NCBI GenBank assembly: GCA_963665125.2
Contig: CAXXUK010000001.1
Span: 1,792,001 to 1,856,000, forward strand
DNA: 64,000 nucleotides
Reading direction: 5' to 3'
Source of the DNA: an uncultured Desulfarculus sp.
GTDB lineage: Bacteria; Desulfobacterota; Desulfarculia; Desulfarculales; Desulfarculaceae
Positions 20,798-29,105 of the stretch are shown here, piece by piece; position 1 is the first letter of the stretch, and each line of letters begins with the position of its first letter. The position numbers and the translations under genes are program-made. The notes under the pieces were generated by a model, which worked only from the letters and a program-made list of their open reading frames with translations, had not been told where the DNA came from and searched no databases.

Positions 20798-22384
20798 ATG
20801 AGCGATTTTCTAAAAACCAACTTGGCCGTCCTGCAGGAGGGCCAGCCTGATTTGGCCGGGCGTTTGGCCCAAACCGGCACCTCGCCACAAGCCCTGGTGC
20901 GCCCCAGCCGTAGCGGCGAACCCAGCCTACGCCTCGGCAAGGCCTGGCTGACCTCCACGGTGGACCCCGCCACGGAAGGCCGGAATATGGCCGCCGACGC
21001 ACCGGATGGCCCACTGCTGGTCCTGGGATTCGGCCTGGGCTACCACCTGGAGCCCCTGACAAACAAAGACATCCTGGTCTGGGAGCCCGACCCCCAGGTG
21101 CTGATGGCGGCTTTGGCGGCAAGGGATTTGAGCGGCCTGCTGAACAGGATGCGGATAATTGTCGATCCGCCCCGACCGGAAGACTTGGCTGGCAGGCAAA
21201 CCCTGCTGCACAAGGCCACGGCCAGGCTGCATCCCGGAGCCGAGGCCTATTTGCGGCGCATTGCCTCGGGCGCGCAGGCCTTGGAGCGGCCGGGCAGCCC
21301 CAGAGTGCTGGTCGTTCCGCCGATCATGGGAGGCTCCCTGCCGATAGCCTATTGGTGCGCCGAAGCGTTCAAGGAGCTGGGCTGCAAGGTCTCTTTTGTG
21401 CCCATGCAAGCCATCAGGCCTCTGTATGAAGTACTGTCGGACAGCAATGCCGAGCCGGCCAGGCTGGCCAGGCTGCAAGGCCCCTTGGTTCAGTATCTGG
21501 GAGAAACGGCCATCCTGGCGGCCGAGGAATTCCAGGCTGATTTGTGTTTTGTGATGGCCCAGGCCCCGCTGGTGCCCCAGGCCTTGAAGGGCCTGCACGC
21601 GGCCGGTGTGCCCACTGCCTTCTGGTTTGTCGAAAACTACCGCCTGTTCAACTACTTCAAGGACGTAGCGCCCTTTTACGACTTTTTCTTTCATATCCAG
21701 GGTCGGCAAATGCAGGATCAACTCGCAACCTTGGGCGTTGAAGGCCATTTCCTGCCCGTGGCGGCCCATCCGCCGCGCCACAAACAGGTTGATCTGACCG
21801 CCGATGACCGTATTAACTTCGGAGCGGCCGTGGGCTTCATGGGTTCCGGCGCCTACCCCAACCGGCGGGCCATATTCAGCCGCCTGTTGGACGGCGGCCT
21901 GGATCTGCGCATCTGGGGTACGGAATGGCCTCAAAACGGGACCTTGGGCCGAGCGGTGCAGCTTGGCGGCAGGCGTCTCAATGAGGAAGAGGTGGTGAAG
22001 GTCTACAACGCCTGCGATGTGGTTATAAACCTGCACTCGGCTCTGCGGCCCGAAGACCCGGTGGGCCTCAGCGACTTCGCCAACCCGCGCTCTTTCGAGA
22101 TTCCCGCTTGCGGCGGTTTCCAACTCGTCGATCAGGTGCTTGGCCTGGAGGACTTATTTGAGCCGGGCAAAGAGATCGTCGTTTTCGAAAACGAACATGA
22201 TCTTCAGGAAAAGGCCGCCTATTATATTGGAAATAAAGAACAAAGATTTACCATAGCCCAGGCCGGCCGCAAACGTGTTCTGGCGGAGCACACCTATGCC
22301 CTGCGCATGAAAAAACTGCTGGACGTTTGCCTCGGGCCCGGATCAAGCGGCCCGGACGCGTCGGCGCATGGAACGAGAATGTAA
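20798..22384 (+). CDS. Maf-like N-domain fused to a CgeB-family glycosyltransferase
   Basis: N-terminal STVDP..VLGFGLGYHL..WEPD; C-terminal WFVENYR, FMGSGAYPNR, NPRSFEIPACGGFQL, EHTY..RM. Confidence 0.85.
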   Translation: MSDFLKTNLAVLQEGQPDLAGRLAQTGTSPQALVRPSRSGEPSLRLGKAWLTSTVDPATEGRNMAADAPDGPLLVLGFGLGYHLEPLTNKDILVWEPDPQVLMAALAARDLSGLLNRMRIIVDPPRPEDLAGRQTLLHKATARLHPGAEAYLRRIASGAQALERPGSPRVLVVPPIMGGSLPIAYWCAEAFKELGCKVSFVPMQAIRPLYEVLSDSNAEPARLARLQGPLVQYLGETAILAAEEFQADLCFVMAQAPLVPQALKGLHAAGVPTAFWFVENYRLFNYFKDVAPFYDFFFHIQGRQMQDQLATLGVEGHFLPVAAHPPRHKQVDLTADDRINFGAAVGFMGSGAYPNRRAIFSRLLDGGLDLRIWGTEWPQNGTLGRAVQLGGRRLNEEEVVKVYNACDVVINLHSALRPEDPVGLSDFANPRSFEIPACGGFQLVDQVLGLEDLFEPGKEIVVFENEHDLQEKAAYYIGNKEQRFTIAQAGRKRVLAEHTYALRMKKLLDVCLGPGSSGPDASAHGTRM

Positions 22385-22849
22385 ATGGGTGACAACATAC
22401 AACAGCAATCGGTCAAGATAGCCGGTTTACTGAAAAACCTGCACGAACTCCATGTCCAGTTGGAAAGCCATGCCCGTATCGGGCTGACCCTGTTCCAGCG
22501 GGAAGAGTTGGAGGCCTTTGACGACAGCTGGAAAAAGCGGGAAGCTCTTTTCAGCAAGATCACTGCCCTGGCCCATAAGCTTCAACCCGCTTTTAGCGAT
22601 TGGGAGCGTATCGTCGCGGCAATGACTCCGGCGGCGGCCGACCAGTGCAACGAGTACCTGGACGACATTCGCCGGCTGGCCAACAGCACCCATGAATACG
22701 ACGAAAAGCTGCGCCCCCTGCTGCAAAACGCAAAACAGGACCAGCGGGGTACAATACAAAAAATCGACAACGGGAAAAAACTGATCAGGGCATATGGCGG
22801 AGGCCAATTCAGACGAAAGCCTCCGGCGGGTATATCCAGAAACGGCTGA
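22385..22849 (+). CDS. Helical protein, FliT-like chaperone candidate
   Basis: Four-helix-like 154 aa protein ending GKKLIRAY, adjacent to fliS-fliD. Confidence 0.55.
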   Translation: MGDNIQQQSVKIAGLLKNLHELHVQLESHARIGLTLFQREELEAFDDSWKKREALFSKITALAHKLQPAFSDWERIVAAMTPAAADQCNEYLDDIRRLANSTHEYDEKLRPLLQNAKQDQRGTIQKIDNGKKLIRAYGGGQFRRKPPAGISRNG

Positions 22850-22907
22850 CGAACAGCCCGTCTTCAAACCCCTGCGGCGCCCATTAGCACCAAAGGCCTC
22901 TCATGGA

Positions 22908-22923
22908 GGGGCCCGAAGGCCCC
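22908..22923. terminator. Hairpin between convergent genes
   Basis: GGGGCC-CGAA-GGCCCC (UUCG loop on the minus strand); no clear U-tract. Confidence 0.45.
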
Positions 22924-22953
22924 CCGGATCAGCTATGGACTGCCACCTATTCC

Positions 22954-23400
22954 CTATACCTGGGCTGATGCTCTGGTCTGGGCCTTTTCGGTCACCTTGG
23001 CGCCCTTTTGCTGCAACACCTCCTGGGATTCGGGAGCGGCAATGGCCTCCCGCCAGGCTTCGTTGAGCGTTGTCAGCATCCGGATCACGTCCGTCAGCGG
23101 TTCGCCGTCGCCCTTGACCTTCGCCTTTATAAGCTGGTCGCCCATGAACAGGTACAACCGGCGTAGGTTGGTGGCTATCTCGCCGCCCTGCTCCATGTTC
23201 AACGAAGCGTTGAGTTCGTCAAAGATGTCCTGGGCCCGGTTGATCAGGTTTGATGCGCCGGCAACGTCTTTGTCGACCAGGCAGGCCTTGGCTTTGGTCA
23301 GGTAGCTGATGGCGCCTTCATAAAGCAAAACGATCAACCGCCCGCGATCCACCGTGGCGACCTGAGTCCGCTTGTACTGTTGCTGTCCGTAGCTCATCAT
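22954..23400 (-). CDS. fliS: Flagellin export chaperone FliS
   Basis: LIVLLYEGAI..RAQDIFDELNASLNME.GGEIATNLRRLY..LNEAW. Confidence 0.96.
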   Translation of the reverse strand: MMSYGQQQYKRTQVATVDRGRLIVLLYEGAISYLTKAKACLVDKDVAGASNLINRAQDIFDELNASLNMEQGGEIATNLRRLYLFMGDQLIKAKVKGDGEPLTDVIRMLTTLNEAWREAIAAPESQEVLQQKGAKVTEKAQTRASAQV

Positions 23401-23463
23401 ACTTTCACCTCATCCTTGATGTATTTTCCGGCCGGCAATCCCTTGCCCGCCGTTTACTGCTTA

Positions 23464-25878
23464 TTAATCGCTGTTGCTGGGCAACTGGGCAATCTGGCTT
23501 TCGATGGCGTCCGACTGGTTGTTCAGGGTGTTGAGCGTCGCCTCCAGCCTGGCGAATTTCTCCAGTTGGCGTTGCCGGTACAGATCGATTCGCGTTTCCT
23601 CGAATTCGATTTTTTGGTCGATGTTGTCGATAATGTCGTTGTAGTTGTTGATCAGGACGTTACAGACACCGGTCTCGGAGTCCGTCTGCTTGTCCATGAG
23701 GTCATACATGCGGTTGGCAATGCCTTCGCTGCCCTTGATATCATTGCTGACAAACAGGTTGACGACAGCGTCGGGATTCTTGGTCAATGCCTCGAAAAGG
23801 GCCGTGGAATTGATGACCCAGCGACCGTTGTCGTCCGGATCGGACTCTATGCCGATCTGAGAAAGCAGGGTGTAGACATCGCTGCCGTCCACAAGGCCGG
23901 GAATGGAGGAGTTGAGCAGCGAATCGATCTGGGCCTTGGTGATCTGGAAACCGTAGTTGCCGATCAGGATGCCCTTTTCATCCTCGTCAGCTGAATATTG
24001 GGTATTTTCCCGAATAAAATCTTGTACATAGTTAACGGCATTTACGAATGCGTCGATCTTGGAGGCCACCGAATCGATATTGACGCTGATGGTTATTTTC
24101 GTGCTGCCGCCGTCGCGCAAATCCAACGATACGCCCGTGATGACATCGCTGACGGTGTTGCTGCTGCGCTGCAAATACTCGTCGCCGCTGGGGTAGCCGT
24201 CCACCTGGATCATCGAGTTGGTGGCCAACTGGGTGACGGTGAAGCCGCCACCGATGTTCCCGCCGTTGCTGAAGGTGGAGCCGGTGAAATCATGGCTGAC
24301 GGTCGTAATCTGGTATTCAGCGCCTGTCTTGGTGCCTGTGAGCACCAGCTTATAGCTGTCGGGCAGGCCCTGGCCGTCGTTGAGGATGCTGGCCTCAACG
24401 CCCGGGTTGCTGTCGTCGTTGTTGATCAAATCAACCAGGTCGGACAAGACCGTGTCGGCCGGTATATTGACATTGATCGTCTGGCCGCCATAGGTGTAGC
24501 TGAAGGTCGAATCGGCCGTGGTCACCGGCGTTACTGTGGTGTCGGCAAATCCTTCATGAACCAGCTTGGTGCCCTGGGCCAGGCCGTCGTCCTGGCCCTG
24601 CTGCTTGGTCGGGGCAAAGACGTTCACCTGGAAGTCATCGCCGTTGACCAGCGTACCGGCGGCCAACTTGATCTTGAAACCGTCTTCGACCTCGTAACTT
24701 AGGTCCGAGTCGTCGATGCTGACCGTGCCGTTGTTGCCCAGGGAGTCGGTCCAGCGCAGCACCACTGTGTCGGCTCCGCCACCGCCCTGGATCGTGCCGG
24801 CCGTGGTGACCTCGAAGGAATATGTCTTGTTGATGGTGCCTTGGTAGTTGCCTTCGGTGCTTACGGCGGGACCTGTCCATGTGCCCAATTCCGGGTCGTC
24901 AATATCATTGGCAAAGGCTCGGACCGTGAAGGCATCGGCGTCATTGACCGTGCCGCTGCCCAACTGAATGAAAATGCCGTTTTCGACTTCGATGCTGTCG
25001 CCCGGCTGGTAATCGGCAGGCACGGTTATGGTGCCGCTGCCGCCGCCGGCGCTGGCCGTCCAGTTCAGGTCAAAGCTGTCGGTGCCAATGGTCGAAGGGT
25101 TGCCGCTGTTTGCAACGGTGAAGCTATACGAGTAGACGCTGGCAGTGGCCTTGTCGCCGGTAAACTGCCCCACCACCGCAACCGTCGATGCGCCCCAGGA
25201 AGACGTATCGCTGATGGCCATGTCGCCGTCATCAAATGAAATATCGGTAGGGTTGGAGCTGACGCTTATTCGCCCGTCATTGCCTCCGGTGCCGCTGGTG
25301 AGCACCAGGTGGTATGGATTGCTGGTGGTGCCGTCATCCTCAACGGTGGCGACGATATTTACGCCGGTAACCGCATTGATTTTGGCGGCTATACCATCTA
25401 GGGTGTCGGTGTTCAATATTGCGATGTTATAGGTGGACCCGTTGGACTCAAGGGTAAGGGTCCCCCCGGCTCCTCCGTAGGCGGTGGTGTTGGAGTCCGC
25501 TTTGCCGGCCGTGCTGATGATGTGTTTGACATCCTCGCCGACGATGAGGTTGTACGCGCCGGTGCTGGCATTGGAACTGGCAACTCCGGTGGCCACGGTC
25601 TGGTCGCTGCTGGAAGCCGCCCGCACCATGAATTCCGATTCGGTGTCCATGGCGCCTGCGGCTTCCTCAAGGGCCAGCATTCGTTGGTTCAGGGCCTCGA
25701 TGGCCTCGACTTTGGCTTCCCACGTCTCCTTCCACGACTCCAACTGGTACATGTAGATGGATTCGACTTCGACCAGCTGATCGACGACCGCGCCAAAGTC
25801 CGTACCAGAGCCAAGACCGGTATAGGTTATGGACCCGGAAACAAGAGACGAACTCAACGAGGAAGCATCTGTAGCCAT
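23464..25878 (-). CDS. fliD: Filament cap protein FliD (804 aa)
   Basis: TGLGSGTDF..VDQLVEVE; RSSNTVSDVITGVSLDL; FVNAVN; C-terminal FARLE..LNNQ. Confidence 0.96.
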   Translation of the reverse strand: MATDASSLSSSLVSGSITYTGLGSGTDFGAVVDQLVEVESIYMYQLESWKETWEAKVEAIEALNQRMLALEEAAGAMDTESEFMVRAASSSDQTVATGVASSNASTGAYNLIVGEDVKHIISTAGKADSNTTAYGGAGGTLTLESNGSTYNIAILNTDTLDGIAAKINAVTGVNIVATVEDDGTTSNPYHLVLTSGTGGNDGRISVSSNPTDISFDDGDMAISDTSSWGASTVAVVGQFTGDKATASVYSYSFTVANSGNPSTIGTDSFDLNWTASAGGGSGTITVPADYQPGDSIEVENGIFIQLGSGTVNDADAFTVRAFANDIDDPELGTWTGPAVSTEGNYQGTINKTYSFEVTTAGTIQGGGGADTVVLRWTDSLGNNGTVSIDDSDLSYEVEDGFKIKLAAGTLVNGDDFQVNVFAPTKQQGQDDGLAQGTKLVHEGFADTTVTPVTTADSTFSYTYGGQTINVNIPADTVLSDLVDLINNDDSNPGVEASILNDGQGLPDSYKLVLTGTKTGAEYQITTVSHDFTGSTFSNGGNIGGGFTVTQLATNSMIQVDGYPSGDEYLQRSSNTVSDVITGVSLDLRDGGSTKITISVNIDSVASKIDAFVNAVNYVQDFIRENTQYSADEDEKGILIGNYGFQITKAQIDSLLNSSIPGLVDGSDVYTLLSQIGIESDPDDNGRWVINSTALFEALTKNPDAVVNLFVSNDIKGSEGIANRMYDLMDKQTDSETGVCNVLINNYNDIIDNIDQKIEFEETRIDLYRQRQLEKFARLEATLNTLNNQSDAIESQIAQLPSNSD

Positions 25879-25944
25879 TTAATACGCCCCGAGGTTGCAA
25901 TAAATTGACAACGCGCACAGAACACGCGGGTTCACCCAAGTATT

Positions 25945-25960
25945 AGCAACATACGTGCCA
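25945..25960 (-). promoter_or_regulatory. sigma54 promoter of fliD-fliS
   Basis: TGGCACGTATGTTGCT on the minus strand. Confidence 0.88.
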
Positions 25961-25986
25961 TTGTTCCGCCCCGAGAGCACCAGCAG

Positions 25987-25999
25987 CAACATATTGATT
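25987..25999 (-). promoter_or_regulatory. Putative IHF site
   Basis: AATCAATATGTTG on the minus strand matches WATCAANNNNTTR. Confidence 0.6.
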
Positions 26000-26094
26000 T
26001 CTTTCGTTTAATCAATAAGCAATCACTTACAAATCAGGCTATTGCCTATTGCCGGGGCAAGTTCTTCCCAGCGATGAGCGGCCGCCTATATTGT

Positions 26095-26122
26095 TAATCG
26101 GCATGTATTGCCGGGGACTTGA
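26095..26122 (-). promoter_or_regulatory. sigma28 promoter upstream of fliD
   Basis: TCAAG-N15-GCCGATTA on the minus strand, same spacing as the flagellin promoters. Confidence 0.75.
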
Positions 26123-26144
26123 GTGTTGTGCGGCAATAAATGGA

Positions 26145-26173
26145 CGCGGCCGGAGTTGATGACTCCGGCCGCG
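26145..26173 (-). terminator. Probable terminator of the GT2-TPR gene
   Basis: CGCGGCCGGAGT-TGATG-ACTCCGGCCGCG 12-bp stem just past the stop codon. Confidence 0.65.
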
Positions 26174-26197
26174 GGAAAAGGCTTGGCGTTGAAAGGA

Positions 26198-28666
26198 TTA
26201 AAGCCCCAACAGGCGCATTATCTCCGGTGCGATGTCCGTAACCGGTGCCTTGGCGTTTTCGCCGGTATGCCAAGATAGGCAATAAAACCCGTTTCCGTCG
26301 GGTTGCAGAGATATATCATCGTATGCCGATTGGCTAAACACGGCGAAGTTCTTGGGCTTTAGCACGGCAAGCGTGGTTTCGATAACCCCGTATATATGCT
26401 GATAAAGGGAAAAACAGCGCATATCGTTGGAGCCGAAGCACTGCTGAGCCCATTCCAGACAGGAGAAACCGATGGCCAGCACATCCACCGCGGGCATGGA
26501 CATGGCTAGTTTGATCCGGTTGCGTTCGATCTGGTCCAACCGGGCCAAGTGGATCATTTTCGAGCCCAGCAGGGCCGAAAGCAATTGCTGCTCCCTCTCG
26601 CAGGTGATGAAATCGCTGCGATAACCACTCGTCAGGACCTTGGGCAGTTGATCGGCAGGATGAACCATTTCCTGGGTCAACAGCCCTCCGGGGTAGCCCG
26701 ACACGGACCAGCCGTTGAGCACCGGAGCCGGATGCCCCAGGGGTATGGACAACAGGCCCACGCTCTTTTTATCCGCAATCCGATGCCAAATGTCACCGTG
26801 GCCCAGTTCGGAAAGACCCAGCACTTGATCAAATCCTTGGTTGCGTCCGCTGAAGGCCCCGGCGGCGGTTTCAGCGCCGGTGTAGAGGGTCGCCCAGCGG
26901 CCCAGGCTGTTTTCCGGTCCGGTTCTTTCAAACAAAAGCTCGCCCCAGGCCCTATGCATCAGGAAATGGGGGGCAATTTTTCGAACCATCTGCGGCGCGA
27001 GGCCTCCGACCAAAAACACGACCAGTTCGGGAGGCTCCTGGCTAACGGTTTTGCCGTCATCTCCACCCACGGCTCCTTTGGTTTGTTCATACAACTGCCG
27101 GACCTGCTGATCGCCGGGGTTTATCTGCAACAGTCTTTGCAAATACACGCCGGCCGCCCGGGCATCGCCCGCCGCCAGGCTCAGGTCTATCATGGCCTTC
27201 CAGCCCCAGACATAACCAGGATGCGCATTGAGGCCCTTGATGATATGGGCCTTGGCCTCGTCCCGCTGGTTCAGCGCATACTCCGCCTTGGCCAGGGAAA
27301 AATGAATCTCTGCGTCTTCAAAGAAATATTCGGCAACCCTTTCCAGTTTATCGATAGCTTTATTGAAATCATTGTCTTTGAGCGCCTGGAGCCCCTGCTC
27401 CCGCAGATCCTTGAATTCTTGATCAGCCGCTTTTTGTCTGGCTATTGGCAGCAGCTTTTCGATCCAGGCCCATTCCGGATGTATTTCCCTTGTTATTTCG
27501 CACAGTTTAAGCGCCAACGCAGGGGCATCGCGCCGCAGGATTTTTTGCAGCAAGGGCATGCTTTCCGGCTCGCCCCGCTCATCGTTGATCAGTTTTGTGT
27601 AAACCTCGGTCGCTTCATCAAGATTGCCGATTATGACTTCGGCGATACACCAGAGGTGATAGGCCTGGGGGAACTGGTTGTAGGTTTGGTTTTCGACAAA
27701 CAGAAAGTCGGTCTGCCGGGCCTGGGACATCTTTTGCATTTGGAAAAATTTACGGCCACAGTTAACGACCTCGGGCCAGTTCTCCTTGGCCGCGTAGGAA
27801 TGCATCAAGAAAAGATACGGGTCAGGATAATGGGGCATGCGCTCCAGGCAGGCTTGGGAGTGCTGGATCAGCTCGTCCCAGCGCTGCATGTAGAATAAAG
27901 AGCCCATCAGGGGAAAATAGCAGCGTGGGAAGTCCATTCCGGGCGCGCTCTGCTCGTCGGCCAAACGGATGGCCTCCAGGGACTCCTGGATGGCCTGGGG
28001 CCGCGATTCTTCATGAGAGGCCAGCGATTGGGCCAGATAGGCGTGCAGCTTGTAGTCCTGAGGTTGGGCGTCGATGGCCTTGCCCAGCATTTGCAAACGC
28101 CGCTGGTGCTTGGCCTCCATTGCCTCCGCGTCGAGGTTGTAACCGTAGTGGGTAAGCTTGACTTCCGAAGGTGAGTATTCACCAGGAATGGTGGGAATGT
28201 TGTGAATAAGCCCTTCATAATGAAAACCCACCCCGGCCCGGAACAGCCGGGCGTGCATCAGGAAGGTTTTTCCGCCACCGGCAACATCATTATATAGCTT
28301 GAACAAAAAACAGTTTGCCGTGGGATGCTTGGCCAGTTGTCGCATCTGGGGGGCCGTTTCCTGGTCCAATTCCTCGTCCGCGTCCAGGATCAGGATCCAG
28401 TCACCGGTGCAGTAACCAATGGATTGGTTGCGGTGTATGGAAAAGTTGTGTTCCCACGGGTGGTGATAAATCTTGGCCCCATAAGACTCCGCGATCTCAA
28501 TGGTTCGGTCGGTTGAGCCCGTATCGACGACGATGATCTCGTCTACCCAAGGCGCGGCGCTGGCCAAGGCCCGGGGGAGCATTTTTTCTTCGTTCTTAAC
28601 CATCATCGCCAGGCTTATTCTCGGTTCCAGCCCGCCCTTTTGGTTTTTCTTTGCTTTGTTGGCCAT
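26198..28666 (-). CDS. GT2 glycosyltransferase-TPR protein with a C-terminal alkaline-phosphatase/phosphodiesterase-like domain
   Basis: ISLAMMVKNEE..DEIIVVDTGSTD..ILDADE..HYGY; TPR helices; C-terminal W.TLYTG and SIP..P...LNGWSVSG pattern. Start placed at MANK (28666). Confidence 0.85.
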   Translation of the reverse strand: MANKAKKNQKGGLEPRISLAMMVKNEEKMLPRALASAAPWVDEIIVVDTGSTDRTIEIAESYGAKIYHHPWEHNFSIHRNQSIGYCTGDWILILDADEELDQETAPQMRQLAKHPTANCFLFKLYNDVAGGGKTFLMHARLFRAGVGFHYEGLIHNIPTIPGEYSPSEVKLTHYGYNLDAEAMEAKHQRRLQMLGKAIDAQPQDYKLHAYLAQSLASHEESRPQAIQESLEAIRLADEQSAPGMDFPRCYFPLMGSLFYMQRWDELIQHSQACLERMPHYPDPYLFLMHSYAAKENWPEVVNCGRKFFQMQKMSQARQTDFLFVENQTYNQFPQAYHLWCIAEVIIGNLDEATEVYTKLINDERGEPESMPLLQKILRRDAPALALKLCEITREIHPEWAWIEKLLPIARQKAADQEFKDLREQGLQALKDNDFNKAIDKLERVAEYFFEDAEIHFSLAKAEYALNQRDEAKAHIIKGLNAHPGYVWGWKAMIDLSLAAGDARAAGVYLQRLLQINPGDQQVRQLYEQTKGAVGGDDGKTVSQEPPELVVFLVGGLAPQMVRKIAPHFLMHRAWGELLFERTGPENSLGRWATLYTGAETAAGAFSGRNQGFDQVLGLSELGHGDIWHRIADKKSVGLLSIPLGHPAPVLNGWSVSGYPGGLLTQEMVHPADQLPKVLTSGYRSDFITCEREQQLLSALLGSKMIHLARLDQIERNRIKLAMSMPAVDVLAIGFSCLEWAQQCFGSNDMRCFSLYQHIYGVIETTLAVLKPKNFAVFSQSAYDDISLQPDGNGFYCLSWHTGENAKAPVTDIAPEIMRLLGL

Positions 28667-28718
28667 GGCTCTCACATGGAAAGTGGGAAATGCATAAGAA
28701 AATGTAACGTTAGACAAG

Positions 28719-28747
28719 AGTTTATGTACCTGCCAGTCCAGTGTCAA
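28719..28747 (-). promoter_or_regulatory. sigma70-type promoter of the GT2-TPR gene
   Basis: TTGACA-N17-TAAACT on the minus strand. Confidence 0.7.
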
Positions 28748-28964
28748 CCACATGTGCCGCGCTGTGGTGCGGTTGACCAAGGTTGAAGCCATTCTCAGCC
28801 TGTTTACCCCGGTTCAAACACGTCCTCGACCGAGCCGGTCAACGGCGACAATGGGCCCGCGCCCCGGTCCATATTATGCAAGCAGCGCCAAATCGTTTTT
28901 AATATTAAATTGTTGCGCCGACAAACAAGCTTTTAAATTTTTTTCATAAAATCCGAAAAAATCC

Positions 28965-28991
28965 TTAACCGTTTTGTTTTTATGCCGATAA
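28965..28991 (+). promoter_or_regulatory. sigma28 promoter of flagellin 1
   Basis: Perfect GCCGATAA -10; weaker -35 (TTAAC, 14-bp spacer); AT-rich upstream. Confidence 0.75.
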
Positions 28992-29105
28992 GTACCTTGA
29001 AACAACAGGTGTGACACCGGGCATGAATTGCCACAGCAAGGGGAACGGCACACCTCATCTGGCGCCAAAAGGATATTGGCGCACACAGACCAAGGAGGGG
29101 TCATA

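Noticed and set aside
19206..21122. 638 aa minus-strand ORF and similar long overlapping ORFs (26549-27898, 44208-45476, 45943-47244)
   Set aside because: They overlap well-supported genes on the other strand and show no domain motifs; GC-rich shadow ORFs.
28877..28891. sigma54-like TGGCGCTGCTTGCA on the minus strand
   Set aside because: GG-GC spacing is 8, not the required 10.
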